Below, piece by piece: positions 10,697 to 19,111 of a stretch of DNA of 64,000 nt (within the stretch, counting starts at the first letter, position 1; each line of letters starts with the position of its first letter). The notes beneath the pieces were generated by a model that saw only the letters and a program-made list of their open reading frames with translations, ran no database searches and was not told where the DNA came from. The stretch lies in NCBI GenBank assembly GCA_030432235.1, contig JAUIHT010000002.1, forward strand, positions 249,136 to 313,135, in the 5' to 3' direction. This stretch comes from Verrucomicrobiia bacterium. Lineage in GTDB: Bacteria > Verrucomicrobiota > Verrucomicrobiia > Opitutales > Cerasicoccaceae. Made by a program: the position numbers and the translations under genes.

Positions 10697-12273
10697 GAGC
10701 CGGGTTGACGGTAGCCCGTGGCGGCGGAATCACCGGCGGGTGCAGGTTGCAGGGTTTGCGGGATGGGTTTGCCGTGCGGATCGAGCTGTGGGTAGTTAAG
10801 CCGCTTCTCCAGTTCGCGCACAATCTCCTCGCCCAGGATGTGCTCAACGCGCTCGGCGTCGTCGTGAACATGATCGGCGGCGTACTGCGCGGCATTGGTC
10901 AGGTAAAGCTCCCAAAGACGGTGGTTGCGCACGACCTCGCTGGCCCGACGCCAGCCGCTGGGCGTCAACTGCACGTTGCGATGGGTGCCGGGCAGGCCGT
11001 TCTCCGTAGCCTGTACCACGGTGGCGAAGCCCGCTCGGGCCAAGGCGGCGGCGCGTTCCTCGGTTTCCGGCAGCGACTCGTTACGCTGAGCGGCGAGTTG
11101 GCCAAGGTTAAAACTTTCTTCGGCAAAGTTGCTTTGCTCTGCCAAGTGATAGAGAGCCTTCAAGGTGTTCTCATCGCGCACACGGCGGCGACGGCTCGCC
11201 TGCCGGAACCAGCGCGTAATCAGCCCGTGGCGCGGCCCGGCGAAGTAGGCCACGGTAAAGGCCACGCCTGCGCCCACCACCATAAAGGGGCCCGTCGGCA
11301 GGCTGTGCCCGAGGAAGGACAGAAAGGCGCCCAGCACCGCGCTGCCCACCCCGATGAGCGCGGCCAGCGTTAGCATCACGCCCATGCGGTCGGTCAACAG
11401 ATAGGCCGTGGCCGCCGGGGTGATGAGCATGGCCGAGACCAGCACCACGCCGGTGGCCTGCAGGGAAATCACCACCGCAAAAGCCAGCAGCGACATCAAC
11501 AGACTGTGCAGCATCCCAGTGGCCATACCGGAGCTACGCGCGAATCCGACGTCGAAGCTCGTGGTCAGCAGCTCCTTGTAAAAGAGCGCCACGGCCAGCA
11601 GCGCACAGGCGGTCACGATGCCCATCAACCAGAGGTCCTGAGTTGAGAGCGCGGCGGCCTGACCAAAGAGAAACTTGTCGATGCCGCTTTTGTTGCCCGT
11701 CGGCGAACGTTGGATCATGACGAAGAGGCAAATGCCCACAGCGTAAAATCCCGCCAGCACCATGCCCAGCGCACCGTCCTCCTTTACCGGCGTGGTCTTC
11801 TTGATCGCGCCAACCAGCCAGGTGCCGGCCAGCCCGGCCAGCGTCGCACCGATGAAAATGGCCAACGGATTCTTACTGGCGGCCCAGAGGAAGCCGAGCG
11901 CCACCCCTGGCATGACGGCGTGCGAGAGCGTGTCCCCCATGAGCGAGAGTTTGCGCACCACGATGAAGGCCCCGAGCAGCCCGCAGCAAACACCCATCAG
12001 GACCGACCCGATAAGCGCGTTGACCACCGCAGGATCGCTCAGGCTCCAGAAGCGCGCAGCCTGCTCCAGCCAGTCGGTCTCGCGCAGGTCACCGATTTTT
12101 GCCGCGTGGGCCAGGGATGTCCCAAACAGTAACCATAATATAAATATGGTTTTTTTCAGCCGCAGATGAAACGCAGATGAAACGCAGATTCGGGAGAAAA
12201 TAATCTGCGTAAATCTGCGCAAATCCGCGGCAAAAGAAAATGCCTGCTTGCTGATGGCGTCCTCCTTCATCAT
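10693..12273 (-). CDS. metal ABC permease fused to a complete DtxR-family repressor domain (YtgC-YtgR-like)
   Basis: N-terminal two-thirds is a ZnuB-type permease (LMGDTLSHAVMPGVALG...). The C-terminal 150 aa aligns to the DtxR wHTH plus metal-binding/dimerisation domain (ENTLKALYHLAEQS...RNHRLWELYLTN...ADHVHDDAERVEHILGEEIVRELEKRLNYPQLDPHGKPIP). The ATGATG start overlaps the znuC-like stop (ATGA). The first 40 codons are encoded by a CGCAGAT repeat array, so the true start may lie downstream. Confidence 0.8.
   Translation of the reverse strand: MMKEDAISKQAFSFAADLRRFTQIIFSRICVSSAFHLRLKKTIFILWLLFGTSLAHAAKIGDLRETDWLEQAARFWSLSDPAVVNALIGSVLMGVCCGLLGAFIVVRKLSLMGDTLSHAVMPGVALGFLWAASKNPLAIFIGATLAGLAGTWLVGAIKKTTPVKEDGALGMVLAGFYAVGICLFVMIQRSPTGNKSGIDKFLFGQAAALSTQDLWLMGIVTACALLAVALFYKELLTTSFDVGFARSSGMATGMLHSLLMSLLAFAVVISLQATGVVLVSAMLITPAATAYLLTDRMGVMLTLAALIGVGSAVLGAFLSFLGHSLPTGPFMVVGAGVAFTVAYFAGPRHGLITRWFRQASRRRRVRDENTLKALYHLAEQSNFAEESFNLGQLAAQRNESLPETEERAAALARAGFATVVQATENGLPGTHRNVQLTPSGWRRASEVVRNHRLWELYLTNAAQYAADHVHDDAERVEHILGEEIVRELEKRLNYPQLDPHGKPIPQTLQPAPAGDSAATGYRQPGS
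12160..12230. repeat. self-complementary array: 3 direct CGCAGAT heptamers (11-bp spacing), 13-nt spacer, 3 inverted ATCTGCG heptamers (10-bp spacing)
   Basis: Read directly: CCGCAGATGAAACGCAGATGAAACGCAGATT-cgggagaaaataa-TCTGCGTAAATCTGCGCAAATCCGCGG. The same heptamer arrays recur at 23301..23329 and 23744..23771. Confidence 0.6.
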
Positions 12274-13040
12274 TCCGCGACAGCCTTTTCGCGCTCGGCC
12301 ACTTCCGTGAGGATGTTGAGACGTCCGCCATAGGCCTTTTGCAGATTCTCCATGTTAAAGACTTCTTCCGTCGGCCCGTAGGCGACGAGCCGCATGTTGA
12401 GCATGAGGATGCGGTCGAAGTACTTCTGCGCCGTGGGCAGGTCGTGATGCACCACGAGGATCGTTTTGCCGCGCGCCTTGAGTTCAGTCAGCAGCTCGAT
12501 GATGGCGGCCTCGGTGGCGGCATCGACGCCGGCGAAGGGCTCGTCCATGAAGTACAGGTCACTTTCCTGCGCCAGAGCCCGCGCGAGGAAGACGCGTTGC
12601 TGCTGTCCGCCGGAAAGGTTGGATATCTGCCGCCCGGCGTAGGGCAGCATCTTCACCTTGTCCAGGCAGTCGCGGACGATGTCGCGGTCTGCCTTGCCGG
12701 GGCGCTTGAAGAGTCCGAGCCGTCCGTAGCGGCCCATCATGACCACGTCGAAGACGCTGACAGGGAAGTCCCAGTCGACCGACTCGCGCTGCGGCACATA
12801 GCCGACGCGGTTGACGGCCTGCCGGAAGGGCTTGCCGAAGAGCTTTACCCAGCCGCCGCTGATCGGTACCACGCCCATGATGGCCTTGATGAGGGTGGAC
12901 TTGCCCGCGCCGTTGGGCCCGACCACGCCGATGAGAGCGCCCGCTGGCGCCACCATATCGATACCGTACAGCACCGGGCGCTTGTGGTAGGCTACCGTCA
13001 GGTCGTGCACTTCCAGTGGTGGTGCCGCGTCCGGGCTCAT
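12270..13040 (-). CDS. metal ABC transporter ATP-binding protein, ZnuC/MntA/YtgB-like
   Basis: Walker A GPNGAGKST, signature LSGGQQQRV, Walker B LYFMDEP. 256 aa. Confidence 0.9.
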   Translation of the reverse strand: MSPDAAPPLEVHDLTVAYHKRPVLYGIDMVAPAGALIGVVGPNGAGKSTLIKAIMGVVPISGGWVKLFGKPFRQAVNRVGYVPQRESVDWDFPVSVFDVVMMGRYGRLGLFKRPGKADRDIVRDCLDKVKMLPYAGRQISNLSGGQQQRVFLARALAQESDLYFMDEPFAGVDAATEAAIIELLTELKARGKTILVVHHDLPTAQKYFDRILMLNMRLVAYGPTEEVFNMENLQKAYGGRLNILTEVAEREKAVAE

Positions 13041-13042
13041 GG

Positions 13043-13975
13043 CTACTTCAGCGCCTCCACCACGGTATTGACGTTATGCTGGAACATCCCCGGATACGTG
13101 CCGACATCGTACGAGACTCCGCCAGGACCGCTTTCCATCTGGCCGGGCGTGCCCATGGCGTCCGAGAAAAGTTCGCCGCCGACGCGCGCGCCGGAGTCCT
13201 GGCTGATGCGCTCGATGGTGGTGGGTGGTACGCTGCTCTCCACGAAGATAGCCGGAACCTGATGCTTTTTGATGTAATCCACCGTCCCCGAGACATCGGC
13301 CAGTCCCGCCTCGGAGGCGGTAGAAATGCCCTGCACGCCGACCACGGTAAAACCGAAGGCGCGCCCGAAGTAGTTGAAGGCATCGTGGCTCGTGATGAGG
13401 ATGCGCCGGTCCTCCGGTAAGACGGCAAAACGCTCTTTAGCCCACTCTCCCAAGGCCAGATAGTCGCTTTCCAGCGCTTCCCCGCGCTCTGCGAACTGAG
13501 TCGCATGCGCCGGATCGGCGGCAGACAGGGCCTCGACCACCACCGGGATGCAGGCGGCCCACATCTGCGGGTCAAACCACACGTGCGGGTCCCAGTGGCC
13601 CTCGAACTCCGGCGGTTCCAGGAGCGTCGCTTCATCCAGCTCCTCGGTCACCGCGTAGACCTTGGCGCCGCTGCGAGCCATCTTGGCGAAAACGTCCGCC
13701 ATGCGCCCCTCCAGCATCAGGCCGCTGTAGATGATGACGTCGGCCTTGCGGAGCTGCGCGATATCCCGCGCGGAAGGCTTGTACAAGTGCGGGTCCACCC
13801 CCGGCCCCATCAGCGGAATGACGGTCACGTCGTCTCCGCCAACCTCCTTGACCATGTCCGTAACCATGGTCGTAGTCGTGACCACGACGGGCTTGGCCGC
13901 CAGCAGCGCTCCGGCGGACATCACAGCCAGAAAAGCTACGCGGACCATGCCGGAAAACATCTTTGATATTCGCAT
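13043..13975 (-). CDS. metal ABC transporter substrate-binding protein, ZnuA/TroA/YtgA-like
   Basis: 310 aa with signal peptide and cluster-9 SBP fold motifs (DPHLYKPSARDIAQLRKADVIIYSG, HDAFNYFGRAFG). Confidence 0.9.
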   Translation of the reverse strand: MRISKMFSGMVRVAFLAVMSAGALLAAKPVVVTTTTMVTDMVKEVGGDDVTVIPLMGPGVDPHLYKPSARDIAQLRKADVIIYSGLMLEGRMADVFAKMARSGAKVYAVTEELDEATLLEPPEFEGHWDPHVWFDPQMWAACIPVVVEALSAADPAHATQFAERGEALESDYLALGEWAKERFAVLPEDRRILITSHDAFNYFGRAFGFTVVGVQGISTASEAGLADVSGTVDYIKKHQVPAIFVESSVPPTTIERISQDSGARVGGELFSDAMGTPGQMESGPGGVSYDVGTYPGMFQHNVNTVVEALK

Positions 13976-14002
13976 AATTACTTCTTTTGTTGCTCAAATA
14001 CT

Positions 14003-14020
14003 TGACTTTGACAAGTCAAA
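14003..14020. promoter_or_regulatory. palindromic operator candidate TTGACTT-tgac-AAGTCAA
   Basis: 7-bp inverted repeat with 4-bp spacer in the 134-bp divergent intergenic region between the metal-importer operon and the DtxR-family regulator gene. Confidence 0.35.
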
Positions 14021-14109
14021 ATTGTTTCTTTGATTGATTCCATGCAATCACCAGGTATTTCCATCCTCACCCCGTGGAAAAGCGGAGAAGCCCCTTCCCA
14101 ATATTAAAA

Positions 14110-14769
14110 ATGCCCAGCAGCACGGTCGAAGACTACGCCAAACAAATCTTCCTGGAGAGTCAGCACGGGGACAGTGATGTCGTGCCTATGGGTCGGGTGG
14201 CAGGCGCGCTGGCCGTCTCCCCCGGTACGGCCACCACCATGGCTAAATCCCTGGCCAAGGCCGGTCTGGCCGACTACGAGCCCCGCGCGGGCCTGCGCCT
14301 GACAGAGGAGGGCCGCATTCTGGCCCTGCGCATGTTGCGCCGCCACCGGCTTATTGAATACTTCCTCGTCGAGGTCCTGGAGATGGACTGGGCCGAGATC
14401 CACGTGGAGGCCGAAGCCCTTGAGCACGCCGTGTCCGACCGCATGCTGGAGAAGCTCGACGCCTATCTGGGCCACCCCAAGTACGACCCGCACGGCGACC
14501 CCATTCCAAACGCCGATGGTCTCATAGAGGAGCCCGTCCTGCGACCTCTCAGTGAATGTCCCGCCGGAACCAAAGCGCGCGTGGCACGCATTCAGAACCA
14601 GGACACGGCCTTTCTTAACTTCGCGCAGAGCGCCGGGCTCGTCCCCGGAGCGGCACTCCATATCCTCAAGTGTGACCAGGCCGCCGACTGCATGGAGCTG
14701 CGCGTCGGCAAGGCCGAGCCACGCGTCATCGGCCTCAGCGCCGCTGCCAGAGTGCTCGTGCGAGGGTAA
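14110..14769 (+). CDS. DtxR/MntR-family metal-dependent transcriptional regulator with C-terminal FeoA/SH3-like domain
   Basis: wHTH plus metal-binding core (RRHRLIEYFLVEVLEMDWAEIHVEAEALEHAVSDRMLEKLDAYLGHPKYDPHGDPIP) followed by an FeoA-like beta domain. The track ORF begins at 14074. MPSSTVEDY at 14110 fits family N-termini. Confidence 0.85.
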   Translation: MPSSTVEDYAKQIFLESQHGDSDVVPMGRVAGALAVSPGTATTMAKSLAKAGLADYEPRAGLRLTEEGRILALRMLRRHRLIEYFLVEVLEMDWAEIHVEAEALEHAVSDRMLEKLDAYLGHPKYDPHGDPIPNADGLIEEPVLRPLSECPAGTKARVARIQNQDTAFLNFAQSAGLVPGAALHILKCDQAADCMELRVGKAEPRVIGLSAAARVLVRG

Positions 14770-14773
14770 AGGA

Positions 14774-15406
14774 TCACGGGAGCATCTCGATTCTTTTACT
14801 GAACCGGTATTCGTTTGCACTACCTAACGTGTTGACCGTGAGCAGCTCATCTTTGTAGGGCCCGTTCATGTAGATGATGTAAATGCCTTCAGTGTAATTC
14901 GATACCATACCAATGTACTGCTTCAGAAACCCCGCATCCACAAACCTGTCTCTCCACGGAACGTTGATCCCATAAACAAACAGGTCCTTAAGTTGCTCAA
15001 ATTCTTCCCTGCTGATGCCCTCCAACCGAGTCGGCGAACCACCCCGTCGAAATTCAAAGGTGTAGAAAAAATCACGTATATCGTCTGTTTCTACGGAGAA
15101 GATTTCCCCCTGATACGCATCGTTCTCCAGACGTACGTTCATCTCCCGGCCCCGATAAAAGCCAAGTGAGCTATCCCACCGTAAATTGAACAGAATCTGT
15201 AGGTATTTTCTACTACTGGGAAGGGTTTTTTCTTTGGAAACCCTGTATAACTGATTCTCAGGGAATTTTTCACGCCAATCGACAATGACCCGAATTACCT
15301 CGTTTTCACTAAGATTGCTGATGCTGGAGAGCGGCAAAAACTCACTCTCGGCAGAGGCTGACATGGCAACCACCCAGAAGATACATACAAGAGCAGGTAC
15401 TCTCAT
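14774..15406 (-). CDS. hypothetical secreted protein, low-GC ORFan-like
   Basis: 210 aa with signal peptide MRVPALVCIFWVVAMSASA. GC about 45%, against about 62% for the window. No motifs recognised. Confidence 0.35.
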   Translation of the reverse strand: MRVPALVCIFWVVAMSASAESEFLPLSSISNLSENEVIRVIVDWREKFPENQLYRVSKEKTLPSSRKYLQILFNLRWDSSLGFYRGREMNVRLENDAYQGEIFSVETDDIRDFFYTFEFRRGGSPTRLEGISREEFEQLKDLFVYGINVPWRDRFVDAGFLKQYIGMVSNYTEGIYIIYMNGPYKDELLTVNTLGSANEYRFSKRIEMLP

Positions 15407-15574
15407 GTTAAATTAAGAATATCACAATGAATAGATTTCTTCCGATAAAACAGGCTAAAGATATCCTCAAATCCATTAAAAAACTCGTTGATCTTTATCG
15501 CTTGCGCGGGTCGATGGAGGGGCGTAGGCTATCAGGTTCATTATTGGCCCATTTCGACCTCGGGCCGGTTGACG

Positions 15575-18250
15575 ATGAACACGCGCGCTATTAAACGACT
15601 GTACTCGGGAGCGGCCCTGGAGGCCTGGCTCACCCGTCTGGATAGCGACTGGGAAGAGCATTTCCGCTCGGAGCACCTCGAGGACGGCCGCCGCATGTAC
15701 CGGGAGGGTCTGGTGCGCGAAATCGAACTCAGCGAGGCCGACGCCATCGTTCACGTCAAGGAAGACGGCGAGAGCCGCTACGTGGTCATCGACTGGGAGG
15801 AAGGCCGCCCCCGCGTGCGCTCCTCCACGGGCGAGGATACCTTCGGGCACGCCCTGGCCGCCGCCGGGCTCTACGAAATCGAGGAGCTGGTGGGCGACGA
15901 AGCCGCTGCCCTCCCCCCCGATCCCAAGCCCGGCGCCGAGGAAACCGAGAATGGCAAAAACGGCAGCAACGGCCATCGCACCAATGGCAACGGAGCCGCT
16001 CCCGCCGCCAAGGGCTCCTCCAAGACGTCCTCCAACGGCAACGGCCAAAGCGCTCTGGAAAAACTCCTGGCCGCGCGCAAGACGGCCAAGGGCAAGCCTG
16101 CGGCCAACGGCAAAGCCGCCGCCCATGCCGAGCCGGAACAGGACGCGAAACCCGAACCGGAGAAAAAGCCCTCGCGGCGACTCGTGCTGGTCTTCACCGA
16201 GGACCCGCGCGGCCTGATTTTTTCCACCTTCTGGAAAGGCTTCGACAAAAAGCGCCTCCCCGCCCTCGGCAGTAAGGCCGAAGCCGCCGGTGAGCTCACC
16301 ACGGATGAACGCGAGGATATCATCCGCCTGGCCAGCGCGGCCCGGCGTGCGGGTTTCCGCTACCTCCAGAGCGAGGGCCGCTACCGCCTCGAGTCGCTCG
16401 ACAGCGCCCCCTCCTTCATCCGGAGAGAGCTGCCCAACTGGCGCGCCCATTTCGACATCGAGACCGGGCCGGGCGTCGACCGTCTGGCCGATGGCATCCA
16501 TGAGGCCGAGGTCACCGCGCATGCCTCCCTCGGTGACGGCGGCAGCCTCAAGCTCAACTGGACCGTGCGCCTCGGCGATAGTGTTTTGACCGGCGACGAG
16601 GCCAAGCGACTGGTTTCCCAGGGCGGCGCCACCGTACTGCTGCCCGGGCGCGGCCTGGCCCACCTGCAAAAGCGCGCCGCCGAAGCGGCCGAGTCCTGGC
16701 AGGAGGCCGCCGCCCTCTACGCCGACGGTCAATTCCCGCGCTACCTGGTCTTTTCGCTCTTCGGCGCCGAGGAGGTAAAGCTCGAAATGGACGCACCCGT
16801 GGCCGCCTGGCGCGAACAGCTCCTGCAAAAGCCCGACGACGAGACGCTCAACCTGCCGGAGCTCCTGCGGCCCTACCAACGCCACGGCTCGCGCTGGATG
16901 GCTCACCTGGCCGAGTCCGGCTGCCATGGCATGCTGGCCGACGAAATGGGCCTGGGTAAAACCCTGCAGGTGCTCAGCCTGCTGGCCGGACGCCCCGTAG
17001 ACGGCCTGCCCGCGCTGGTGGTCTGCCCGGCCAGCGTCATCCCGGTCTGGCAGATGGAGGCCCAACGCTTTTTCCCGCAGCTCAAGGTGGCCGTGCTGGG
17101 CCGCGACCAGACCTTTGCCGAGGTCACCGAGGGCGTCGACCTGTGGGTATCCAGCTACACCCAACTGCGCCGCCACAAGCACCTGCTGGGCGACGTGGAG
17201 TTCGGCTACGCCGTGCTGGACGAAGCGCAGTTTATCAAGAACCCCGACGCCAAAGTCACCCAGGCTTGCTGCTCCTTGCGGGCACGGCGGCGGCTGGCCT
17301 TGACCGGTACCCCGCTGGAAAATCGCCTCCTGGACCTGTGGACGCTTTACCGCTTCCTCATGCCCGGCATGCTGGGCTCGCGCCGGCGCTTCGAGGCCGC
17401 CGTGGCGGGCGATCCCTCCGGGCTGCTGGCCCGCCTGCGACGCCAGATCGGGCCCTTCGTCCTGCGCCGCACCAAGGCCGATGTCGCCCCCGAACTGCCG
17501 GACAAGGTGCAGGCCGAGCTGCGCTGCCCGCTGACCCAGCTCCAGCGCACCGAGTACGAACGCCTCAGCAAGGAAGGCCTGCAAAAACTCGGCGACGACA
17601 TCTCAGCGGCCAAGCGTACCCAGAACATGAATTTCCTCAGCCTGCTCACGCGTTTGCGGCAGGCCTGTTGCGACCCGGCGCTGCTGCCGTGGGTCAACCA
17701 GCCCTGGGAAGCCAGCGGCAAACTGCAAATCCTGGTCGACCGCCTCGACGAGGTTCTTTCCAGCGGTCGCCGCGCGGTGGTTTTCAGTCAATTTGTGCGC
17801 CTGCTCGACCGCGCCAGCCAGGCCATCGAGGCAAGCTTCCCCGACGTGCCACGGCTCCTGCTGACCGGCCATACCCGCGACCGCGGCGAGCCCGTCAGGC
17901 AGTTCCAGGAGATGGAAGGCGCCGGCGTCATGCTGGTCAGCCTGCGGGCGGGTGGCTCCGGCATCACCCTGACCAATGCCGACTACGTCTTCCTCCTCGA
18001 CCCGTGGTGGAACCCCGCCGTGGAGGAGCAGGCCATCGACCGCCTCCACCGCATCGGGCGGCGCGGCAACGTCTTTGTCTATCGCCTCGTGGCGGCAGGC
18101 ACCATCGAGGAGCGCATTCAAGCCCTGCAGAAGGAGAAGCGCGCCCTCTTCGGCGAAGCTCTCAGCCAGGCCACCGGCGGCGACAGCTTCGAGGACTCCT
18201 TCGACAGCCTGCGCGATCTCATCGCCCTGCTGCCCGAAAGCAACGACTAG
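15575..18250 (+). CDS. SNF2-family DEAD/DEAH helicase with low-complexity N-terminal linker
   Basis: [12 protein letters not shown]...[10 protein letters not shown] (motifs I/Ia), DEAQFIKN (II), and the C-terminal helicase domain [48 protein letters not shown]. A Gly/Asn/Lys-rich linker precedes the core. Start was set to MNTRAIKRL at 15575. Confidence 0.85.
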   Translation: [891 protein letters not shown]

Positions 18251-18314
18251 GTGCGTGACCGCACAGGACATTAATGGGGCTGTGCCCCATCGCTCGCGTT
18301 GCTCGCTGCCCTTC

Positions 18315-19046
18315 TCAGACGCGGCGGCGCAGGCAGACTAGCACGGCGAGCACGCCCGCGCCCAAAGCAAACCAGGACGGCTCCGGCACAACAACCATGT
18401 CAAGGGAGATGGGATTGCCGCCGGTTTCGTCCCAAAAGCCACCGCTGTTATTGCCGACACCCGGACCGGCATCATAGCCGTAAACGCGGAAAATCACGAT
18501 ACTGGTCGTCGGGTCCATGGTGATAGGCACGCTGATATTCGTGCCCGCGATGTTGTTTCCGTTACCCGTGGCGACATCCGTACTCAGGTCCAGATTGTCA
18601 CCAATCAGCGTTGCCAAGGTGTTGCCCTGGTTGCCGATATCCATGGTGATGTCCAGCTTGCGCGGACCGTCCTGAGTGCTGCCCCAGCGAAAGCTGAGAT
18701 TGTTGATGTCGAGGGTATATCCGCTGGCGGCCTTGACCGCGAAGGCGAAGACCTCGTTTTCATCACGCACATCCGCAGCCGTCCAAACGAGAGCGCCCAG
18801 GGATTCCGCCACCCAACCGACGCTGAAGTCAGGCTTGGCGCCCAGCAGGCCCGTTCCAAAGATGGACGAAAAATTCGACTCCAAATCAGCCGGATCGGCC
18901 ACAATCGTGCCTAGAACGTTCGATGGCAGTGACGGCGACTGCGACTGGGCGTTTTCAGCCAACGAATTGATATCGTACAAAACGGACGACAATCCGAAGC
19001 CGGAAAGCGGCACGAGAAAGAGCAGTGATGTCAGGAGACGACGCAT
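18315..19046 (-). CDS. PEP-CTERM sorting-domain secreted protein
   Basis: Signal peptide. C-terminus VVVPEPSWFALGAGVLAVLVCLRRRV is the PEP motif plus TM plus basic tail. Confidence 0.7.
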   Translation of the reverse strand: MRRLLTSLLFLVPLSGFGLSSVLYDINSLAENAQSQSPSLPSNVLGTIVADPADLESNFSSIFGTGLLGAKPDFSVGWVAESLGALVWTAADVRDENEVFAFAVKAASGYTLDINNLSFRWGSTQDGPRKLDITMDIGNQGNTLATLIGDNLDLSTDVATGNGNNIAGTNISVPITMDPTTSIVIFRVYGYDAGPGVGNNSGGFWDETGGNPISLDMVVVPEPSWFALGAGVLAVLVCLRRRV

Positions 19047-19111
19047 ATCAGTGTAATATAAAAGAGTAGGGATAATAAACCCCTATTAGAAAAACTTCAA
19101 GCCAGAACGAC

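Noticed and set aside
12089-12331. 80-aa minus ORF overlapping the znuC-like stop and the heptamer repeat locus.
   Set aside because: It is out of frame with both flanking genes and is composed largely of repeat-derived codons.
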